A DNA stretch of 64,000 nt from Vitrella brassicaformis CCMP3155. Lineage: Eukaryota; Protista; Chromerida. Both the position numbers and the translations under genes were made by a program. Within the stretch, counting starts at the first letter, position 1. The number at the start of each line of letters is the position of its first letter. Shown in pieces: positions 26,811-35,928 of the stretch. The notes under the pieces are model-generated. The model was not told the DNA's origin, did not search any database, and was given only the letters and a program-made list of their open reading frames with translations. Location of the stretch: assembly GCA_001179505.1 (NCBI GenBank), contig CDMY01000395.1, positions 248,001-312,000 of the forward strand, in the 5' to 3' direction.

Positions 26811-29800
26811 GCCCTCTTCAATCTGCTAATACTGGAACTGGACGTTCTTGCAAAGCGGACGGGAAAGGAGACACACTCGCTAACGGATATAAAATGTAGA
26901 CAGCGATAATCGACCTGGACACACGCATGGGCCGACCAGCCATATGGTCACTTGCAGCCGGCGAATCGTCGTCGCTGAGGGGGTCATACGAGTTGTTTGT
27001 CTGCAGGTCGATATGTGGTGTCAGGTTGGCCTGGGGGAGGGCTGCGGGTGACGGGTCGCCAGCGTCACTGCGGGGCGCATACGAGTGCGGGGTGTGCAGA
27101 TCCACGCTCAGTCGCTCGTCGCCCTCCGCCGCCCGACGGCTTGGTGGGTCATGCAGGATGGCGCGGCTGTCGGCCTCCTGCACAGCGAACTCGACCTCCT
27201 GAGTCAAATTACAGAACATACAGCACACAACACACACGACCATCAGACAACCACCCACTTTCTGCCCATCCATATATCGATGTGTCACACCCACCCGCCT
27301 ACCTCGACAGTACATTCAGTGCGATTCTCTGGCCCCTCCACAGCGGTGTCTGCTCGACCTGAGCCCTCTGGTCCCCCACAGCGGCTTCGCTAGACAGCGG
27401 CTCGGGGCAGCGCGCCGGCGTCTCGGCTTCGCCCTCCTGCTTCGCCGACAGGGGGTTGGGGGGACGGTCCACGGCGGGGGGAAGACGCCTCTCTCCAATC
27501 TGTCCGAGTGCAGCCTGCAAGGCCTCCACCTGGGCCAGGAGGGGACGGACGTACGCCCCCAGCAGCTCTGAAGGGCTCGGTCGCATGCTCGGCATCTGCG
27601 AGAGGGTGGCGGTGGCGAGCCGCTGAATACCCTCAGTGATGGACGCAGCGATGGGCGTCGCCGTGGGTGTGTCGTGGGTGAAATGGTGCAGCAGAGTTGT
27701 GGTGGACGCCCGACCGAGAGGGCCTGCAGTGCGGGGGAAGTGCATCGACTCTCCTGACAACGAACACATAGGCAAAGAAGAGGGTGGATGAAGGGAGGGC
27801 GGCCATGTACGTGTTTGCTCACTCACCCTCTGGTAGGCGGATACTGCAGCCCTTGGCAGCCCTATGCACACGGCCCAGCAGTCGGCACACGGCGTCGTCC
27901 CGTCGCTCCCTCGCCGTCATGTTGCTCGCCTCATGGATGGCCGACACCCATCGGTCGACGCGCCACCCGCTCAGCGCGCCGCAGACCGTGTGGGCCAGGG
28001 TCACAGCGACGACGCAGGGCCTGATGATGAGGTGGTTGTGGCCCTGGGCGTCCGTGACGACTGTCTTGTCCTCGATCAGGCGGCTGATGAGGGCCATTGC
28101 TGCATCCAGCAGCGTTTCGTCCTCCACGTCCGCGTCATCTGCTGCTGCACACTTGTCCATCTCTCCGTCGGCCGTGACCATGGCGATGGCCAACTTGCTG
28201 GCGGCCGTCGTCAGCACCGTGGGAGCTGCTCTCCCTCTTCGGCACCCTCGCCCGCGCGGGTCGGCAGCTGGATGCGGTAGCTGCCCGGCAGCCAGGGCGC
28301 CGCTTCCTTCCGCGTGGCTGCTGCGGCCAGGTCGGTGACCCTGACGAGGTGCTGCACGTCAGCTGGGGCGTCCTCTGCGGCCGTCGGCTCCCTCACATAC
28401 ACACTGGTGAGCGGGTCAGCGAGGAGGATTCCCTTCTCGTCAAACGTGACGACGGTCTCCAGCACGTCTGCAGCGGCCCTGAGTGTCGTCATGAGATCGG
28501 CCGGGGTGGCGACGGTGGGGGGTGGGAGGGGTTTGGTTGGGGTGAGGGTGAGGGAGGTCGTTGACGGCTGGAAGGCAAGGAGGGCGCTGACCAGTGACAG
28601 GAGCGGAACGGAACCAACTGAACAAGCGGGAAACAACCAGAATGTTCACTCAGCCGTCCACTCTTTCTGCCTTTCCTTGCCCACCTTCTGCAGCCTTGGT
28701 CACCAGTAGGGACCATGACGGTCTCCTTCTGCTCGCCGTTGTGCCGCGCCAGTCTGCACTCGTCGAACACTCCCTCTCTCTCATCAGCAACAGCAACAAA
28801 GCTACTCAGCAGAGCGTCGCTCTGCACGTGGCGGTACAGCTGCCACTCTCTGCGCAGCCGCTGGGAGATGGATGGGGAGCTGCCGACTTTCACCCGCAGT
28901 GACACGCTCATTGTGGCTCCTCCTCCACCCAGAATGTCGTCGTCGGTGCCGCTTATCACTTTGGCACCTCTGAAAACTCCATCAACGTCGTCGGAGGCCG
29001 AGTCCTGCTGCTGCAGGAGCAACCTCTTCCCTAAGAGGGTCCTCGACTGCGGTGGTCATGGCGCCGTGGTCGGCTGAAAACGAAGACAGCCGTCGCTGCG
29101 CGCGGACAGATGACAACGGGGCTACCAGGGCTGTCCTGAGGCGTCGCATGGCAACGGTGTTGTGCCTGCAGAGAGCAATGAAAGGAAGCCATCGGAAGAG
29201 AGGAGGGCGTGAGTCACTGTGGGTGTATCTCAAAAAGAATACCAGAAGTGGACGGTGATGCGCAAGATGGCGCGGCGTCGCTGGGCATCGTTGTTAGCAA
29301 TAGCCTCACGAACACCGGACAGACCAGGAGGAACATGAGATTTCTTGATTGAGTAAGCAAACGAAACCGGTCTCTGCCTTTTCGTTGCTTACCGCCTTGC
29401 ATTGAGAAATCTGCTCCTCCATTCGTCCCATTTGTCGGCCAGCATCCGCCTCGCCACAAGCCCCTCGATGCGTCTCTGCCTCGCCCTCTCGGCCCGTCTA
29501 TCCCTCACGACACCACTCCAAACCCTCAGGCACGTCGTCAGCTGCCCCTGTCGGCGCCTGTCGCGACACTGCTGGGTCACGAAAGCCGTCAGACGGCGCT
29601 TTTCGTCCCATGACGCGGTGTCTTGCAAAGCGGACGGGAAAGGAGAGACACTCGCTGACGGATATAAAATGTAGACAGCGATGATCAACCTGGACACACG
29701 CACGCAGGACAGGACAATAGCACGAGGCGTATCCAGAAGGTATCCCTGTATCGACTGACCGTCGCCGCCGTCGTGACTTTTTCGCGTGCGGGGACGCTCA

Positions 29801-30251
29801 AACGGACCAACACCAACCTGCACAACAACACACGTGCACGCTGGTGAGGTTATCAGACACATGTCTGCGTCGACTGACCTACTCGTCTCTCTGCGCGCTG
29901 CCTTCGGCGGTCGACGCCTCCGCTCCTTGCCCCTCCTCATTGCTGTACAGGCGCTTGCCAGCAAAGTGGCCCTCCTCAACAAACTTCACACAACACACAG
30001 CATCCACACATGTACCTATCCGAGTATCCACTCTCCCACATACCTCATTCACAGTCTTTTGTCCCTTCTTGGCCCGCCAGATGCCCGTGAAGGGGTGTTG
30101 GCGTCGACCCGGCCTTCCAGGAGGTACGTCAGCTCTTCGTCACCGCTCAAGCGGAAACGGGCTAGCATCCGCCGCTCAACGTACACAGCCTGCATGACAT
30201 GCACATCACATTCACACAGATGACACCGGCATACGTATGAGGAGCACCTAC

Positions 30252-30680
30252 GTGTGGGTCGTCATCGTCATCGTCATTGTCATTGTCATCGTCATTGTCA
30301 TCCCCGTTCACCTCCTCCTGGACCTCCTCTTGGCGCAGCCGGACGGCGTTCTCGTAGGCGTTTGAAAGCGCCTTGAAATCCTCGCTGATCAGGGACACAT
30401 ACGCACCCAGCAGTAAGCACCCATTCCGTGTGTGACACTGTGTGGTGTGTTGCCCAGCTTACGTGCTGCCCCCGGGCTTGTCGGGATGAACGTGCAGCGC
30501 TGCAGGCACAGAAAGACCACACAAGTCATTTGCACTGGCCACATGGCGCAGCAGTTATCCCTTCTACCTCCCTTACCCTCCAGCTTACCCTTCTGTTGAT
30601 ATGCCTTTGCTATGGCGCTGAGGCTCGCCCATCTATCCACCCCGAGCACCTCGAACCAGTGCTCCTCCTCTCGACGATGA
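30252..30680 (-). CDS. Intact three-exon J-domain (DnaJ/Hsp40 type III module)
   Basis: HWFEVLGVDRWASLSAIAKAYQQK | ALHVHPDKPGGST | EDFKALSNAYENAV. Exons ~30680-30589, 30499-30463 and 30384-30252 splice in frame over canonical GT-AG introns, and the HPD motif is intact. Confidence 0.85.
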
Positions 30681-33654
30681 TGAGATACAGTGCTCCTTCT
30701 CTTTGTCGTCGTCACCGTCGTCATCGACTATTCGGCGCTCGAGAAAGTCAAGCTGGATGACAAACACAAGACACCCACACAAATGACCCCCACATATTTA
30801 TTTTGGAATAAGTGTTCGTGTGTGTGCGTGTGTGACATACAGTGATCTTCCTTTTCCTCGTTGTCGCATGCGTCCTGTGCGCCCTGGATTTCCTGGTGCG
30901 GTAACTGAAATGCACTTGGAAATGCACTTGTTGCCGTAATGCACTTATCGCCGTTCTGCAAGAAACAAACACATACATGGTAAGAGAAGCAACGTGTGTT
31001 GACCCTCAGTATTTCGAATGCATGAATGGGCCACAAGTCGGTGAGACATGTGTGGTTTGATATTGTGCTCACCGCTGTATCTGGAGCGGTCACTTGTGCA
31101 GGTTTGCGGCCTCCTGGTGGTCCGTATATGCTCTGGCGGCGATGGACTCCAGAGGGCGTGTCCACCACACAACACCTGAGCTCACAAACGGACAAGCAGA
31201 CTTGGAACGATGCATCAGAGCTCTCCGATGCTCTCTTCGTACGTGGAAGTTCTCGCCACGCCCTCCACCTGACAGTCGGGCTCGCCGCACAGTGAGAGCG
31301 AGGGGCACTCACCTTCGCCACGAGGGTCACGGTCTGGACAGAGCTGCATCTGATACATGCAAACGAATAGAGATCGTCGATGTGAGTTCTTATCCGCATA
31401 CAATATCTGTGGATGCACCCACACGTGTGCATGTGTGTGTGTGCATCTGTGTGCGTGCATGGTTCCGTACAGGCTTTTCCTCGTCATTCTTCTCCTCCTA
31501 GGGTATCTTCATCCACGGGAGTGATGCTGACGGTCCTGGGCCCGTTTCCAGCTGAGACATTGGAGTGCTGACTTGAGACGCTGCTTGCGTACGAACAGGT
31601 GGAGGACATCTGACCGACAAATGAAGACGCACATGCAGTGGCGCCACTCGTTCCCTCCCTCCGTCTGCATCTCACCGGTGCGCCTGCGCCTCTCCTTGGC
31701 CATGATGGCTTCCCACCGCCACTCACGCGACACACGCCGCATGAAGAACTCCCTCAGAGCAGCTGCATAGCCGTCTGAGGGTGCGATGCGGGCGCGTTGC
31801 TTGTGTGTGTGTGGTCCATGAGCGGAAGGCACGGCACAGTAGGCGTTTATTGGCACGCTGGCCGACGACAGGCAGGGAAACCCAATACGGTATGGTACAT
31901 ATTGGCACAGCGTCTGTGCGTACCTGCAGCAGGCGGACGTACTTCGCCTGTTGGACCCACGTCGTCATTGCGCATCTCAATCTCGCCCGCCGTAACGCCC
32001 CAGTCAACCGCTTGGCGGCGCGACGCCACGCCCGCATGGTGCGAGCCGCACCGACCCAACGGGCAAAGAAAGTCTGCAGGTGCCGCGTATCAGTCCGTTG
32101 CCGTATTTGTCGTTCTCGCCCTGGAAGACGTCACAGAGGCCTGATGCCTCGCTCCGCTTGTCCTCCTCACCATCCCTCGAGAAGCAGGACAGCATCCACT
32201 AGGGCGTTCTCGTATGAATTGCGGTGCCTTGAATGCCTCTTTGGCCACGAATCACTCACACGCACCAACGGCGAGAAGAAATGCATGGTTCGCCGTGTGC
32301 TGTCTTACCCAGCTTGCGTATCTCCTATTGGCTTATCCGATCGACGTCCGTCACACCCACACAGAACCCCAGCTCATTCAGGTGTGTGTGGTTGTGTGTG
32401 GTTGTGTGGGTGTATGTTGCGTACCTGCTCCTCTTAGCGGATCCGCACCGCCTTTCCCTGAGCACACGCACGCAACAACACTAGTTGCACAGCTCGTAAA
32501 GCTTTGGTGTCTTGCCCAGCTAACCTGTCGCCTCCGGGCTTGTCAGGGTGGACCAGCAGCGCTGCACAGAAGGTAACCAAACACTTGACGTGCACTGAGT
32601 CACTGGCCACATGTTTCTCGAGCACGACATCTCTCTGCCCCTCTCCCATGCCCTTACCCTTCGCTCGATACGCCCTGCCTATGCCAATTGAAAGAGCGAA
32701 CGGCTGCTTTCTGATGATGAGGCGTCGATTTATGTCGTCGTTCTTCGCAGCCTGGCCTTGCAACCACAGAGAAAGCACAGAAAGCGACAAATGCATTGTC
32801 GGACTCTGCAAGTGCCCGGCCTGCTTTTCCTCCTCCATCCCATCTCTTACCCCTTCTGTCGCTACACCTGGGGCAGTAAAAGACTTCGAACTGTACTGTT
32901 CTTTCTGGCTGGCGCCCGAGCTGTCACTCAACCCTCGGACGTGCTACACCTTCTTCATATCATGCGCGCCTGCCTCTGTATGAGCCTCCATCGATGCTGA
33001 TGCACACAGAATACCCTGTACACAAACCGTCTTACCTTGTTCTTCGCTGTTCTCTTAAACTCCATCAGCCAGTCGCCAAAAAAGGTGGGCGGGAACGATT
33101 CGAGTTCATCCAGGAGGGGCAGAGGGTGGTTGGGGGGATTATGTGGAAGACTCGGGCTTCTTGATATGGAATTCCAGGGGGGGGAAACTGTCATTAACCG
33201 TAACACTCGTCTGTGTGTCCGTGATACTCATACAAATACAGTCCCATCAGCACGCAGACTCAAACAGGCTCAAGGGGAGGAGGGATCAATCCCCGCTCCA
33301 TCAAGACACCCCAGTCCTGCAAACCCTCCCCTCCCTCCCCCACGCAGACAGACGCTAGTCGCACGCGCGAGGGCGATAGACAAGCGAGAGCGAATCCATC
33401 CAGACACATGACTGAACCCCCGATATGGAATATATGGAATTCCAGTCGTTGGACAGTCGATTTTGCCGTCGATTCTGCTCTTCGATTCTCTCTCTGTCAG
33501 TCTGCTCGTCGATTCACGATGCTGAGCGGCTTTTCTCCTTTCTTTGTCCCGTCTCCGTAAATCTCGCCAGCCTTTTTCTTTTGTTTAACGCGCCCTAACC
33601 CCCTCGCGATTTTTCTTTCGGCAGCGCGGCCGGCTGCTGACGCATGGACACACC

Positions 33655-33714
33655 GATGGATGGATGGATGGATGGATGGATGGATGGATGGATGGATGGA
33701 TGGATGGATGGATG
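33655..33714. repeat. (GATG)15 microsatellite
   Basis: Perfect 60-bp tetranucleotide run. Confidence 0.95.
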
Positions 33715-34126
33715 CCATTGGATGGACGAGGCAGCTCGGGAGTGGGGGGACTTTGCGCTGTACGTATCGACTGGTTTTGTGGTCGTACCACGATAGCACG
33801 TGGCGTTTCCTTGTGCTGCATCGAAGTGGAAGGGGTTCGTACTGTGCTGACGACCGTTGCTGGCCGAACGCATACGCAGCTCCGGCGCCATATGTATGGC
33901 AAAACCATCGAGTAGCGCTGTGTGAACACGTGTATGTTTTCGTCAACATGACGTCCATGCATATGTACAGAGGCGCGAGAGCCGTCCGCCAACCAGTCAG
34001 TCGGTCACTCACTCACACAGACACACAGGAATGCGCGCGTCAATGCGAGCATTAACTCATCAACAAACCGCAAAAATCGACTCAAAAATCACTACTCATA
34101 TGTATGTGGCCGGCCGGTCAGCCATC

Positions 34127-35407
34127 TCAGATGTCGCTTTCGCTGTCCTCCTGCCACACGCGGTCGCCGAACTGGGGGCCCAGTGTGCGCAGCACTGCCG
34201 TCCGCGTGTGTGTGAGGCTGCCCGTCTCGGTCGTGAAGACGGCCACCTCGCTGTACCCGCCCGTATAGCTGACCAGCAGGATCACCATGATGCCCTCCCC
34301 TCCCTTGAGCACCAGATAGCGGCGCCGCGTCAGCCCTCCCCCCTGTGCCGTGTCAAACACATGCTCCACGCCCATCCCATTGGTGTCATCCGTCAGGTTG
34401 GCGGCCCGGCCCATCACCAGTTCGTGCGCTCGGCGAGCGGCGGACGAGACCGGGTGCTTGGTCGACAACCACGTCCGGATGCGGTTCAGCCCCGTGTGTC
34501 TGCTGACGGCCCACATGATCAGCTGTTGGGCCATCAGGCAGGTGTACGTCCGATACACATCGTCGCAGCTGAATGGGCTGCGCGGCGGCTGCAGCAGGGT
34601 GGCGGGGTTTGCAGTGTCGAACGCCTCAGTGCCGAAGAGGGCCGTGGCGCTCTCCAGCACCACCGGCAGGTATCGGTAGAAGATATTCGTCCACGAAACA
34701 ATCATGCCGAACTGGTTCACCAGGGGGAAGGGCTGGCCCGTTTGCTGTCTGATGATGGTCCGCTCCGTGCTAAGCAGCACCCACTGCCGCTGAGCCTCGG
34801 GCATCGCCACATACGCCGCCTCGTCAGTGATGGCGGCGAAGGTGGCGTCGCCGAGGATGATGGCCGCGCTGCCGTTGAGCAGGTACAGCAGCCACACGTG
34901 CGGCTTCCACTTGCCCCAGTTGCCGCCGGCATTCTCCAGCACGAAGAGCCGCTTCGTCAGCCGCTTCATCTGCATGATAAGGGCAGCAGCGGTCAGTGTG
35001 GCCGTCGCCCCCTGTGTCAGCTCCGGGAGCGGGATCTGCAGCATCGCCCCAAAACCCATAGAGGCCGTCAACACCATCAGCATCTTCACCAACGCCGTCA
35101 CGAGGTGGGCAAGGGGAAGGGCCTCGAAGCGGTTGCTCTTGTCGGCGCCGCTCAGGGCCAGCAGCGACGCCGAGGTGGGCACGAAGTCGCCCACCTTCTG
35201 CACGAGCTCCGGCGGCAGCTGCTTGAAGTCGACGCCCTCAGCCGCGCTGCTCTTGGGTGTGTTGGGGACGGCAGGGCCTCGGGCGAAGCGGCCTGTGGTG
35301 GCGTCATGCCAGCGGCCGTGCTTGTCCTGGAACACCTTCTGGCCCTTGGCGTTGACCTTAATGTCCTTTATGCTCCGACGTGGAGGCACTGCAAACACCC
35401 CAAACAC
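34127..35407 (-). CDS. Lineage-specific family B protein with an F-box-like motif; one long exon, start codon unresolved
   Basis: 426-aa open frame with strong GC3 bias. FKQLPPELVQKVGDFV resembles the F-box start (LPxEL). A splice acceptor at ~35389 suggests a short upstream exon. Confidence 0.75.
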   Translation of the reverse strand: MFGVFAVPPRRSIKDIKVNAKGQKVFQDKHGRWHDATTGRFARGPAVPNTPKSSAAEGVDFKQLPPELVQKVGDFVPTSASLLALSGADKSNRFEALPLAHLVTALVKMLMVLTASMGFGAMLQIPLPELTQGATATLTAAALIMQMKRLTKRLFVLENAGGNWGKWKPHVWLLYLLNGSAAIILGDATFAAITDEAAYVAMPEAQRQWVLLSTERTIIRQQTGQPFPLVNQFGMIVSWTNIFYRYLPVVLESATALFGTEAFDTANPATLLQPPRSPFSCDDVYRTYTCLMAQQLIMWAVSRHTGLNRIRTWLSTKHPVSSAARRAHELVMGRAANLTDDTNGMGVEHVFDTAQGGGLTRRRYLVLKGGEGIMVILLVSYTGGYSEVAVFTTETGSLTHTRTAVLRTLGPQFGDRVWQEDSESDI

Positions 35408-35928
35408 ACACGCAGAAATGACGTATCGGATGAGAATGCATCAGTTTGTGCGATGCATCAAAGGCACAGAGCGATGCATCAAAGCGATGCATCCAACAAA
35501 GGCGATGCATTCATCTACTTGCGCTCTCCTTACATACCGTCAGCAGAATGGATGAGTGTTCGGCACCTCAGACCCTCGCGCAGGTGCAATCACTCGACTC
35601 TCGTCAATGCTCGACGCTCTGATGGCGTCAATGGGCTGCTGTGATGCGTTCTTTTTCACTGCAGCTCCCTCCAACGCTTTCGTTTTGCGCACACCTGTGG
35701 CTCTACCGCAACTTGTGCGAGCGCAGATCTCTCTCCCTTTCGCCGACAGAAGGACAAGGTCCTGTAGCCAGTCCCCTCCCTCCTTCCAGCACGCCCTCTT
35801 CCTCCACCCATCCCTCCCCAGAGACAAGACACACAAACACAGAGGTCTCCCTCCCACATAGCTCGGCCAACCCCGGTCAGCACAAGACAGCAGCACCCGA
35901 TACAGACAGGGAGAAGGCCGGACGGCAG

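Larger units (their letters stand above)
22900..33200 (-). pseudogene. Exon-shuffled, partly decayed cluster encoding Sfi1-like W-periodic helices, multiple J-domains and a repeated unknown globular domain
   Basis: Several exons recur in 2-6 copies. Lesions include an in-frame TGA (26736-26738), a 1-bp deletion (25309-25344 exon), a (CA)n frameshift (~31802-31812) and a frame switch near 28215, interspersed with apparently intact exons. Confidence 0.6.

Noticed and set aside
33594-33602. CCCTAACC telomere-like motif
   Set aside because: A single occurrence is expected by chance.
34031-35644. 537-aa plus-strand ORF (also 13695-15101 and 15673-16848)
   Set aside because: Antisense shadows of GC3-rich family A/B genes; paralogue conservation supports the opposite strand.
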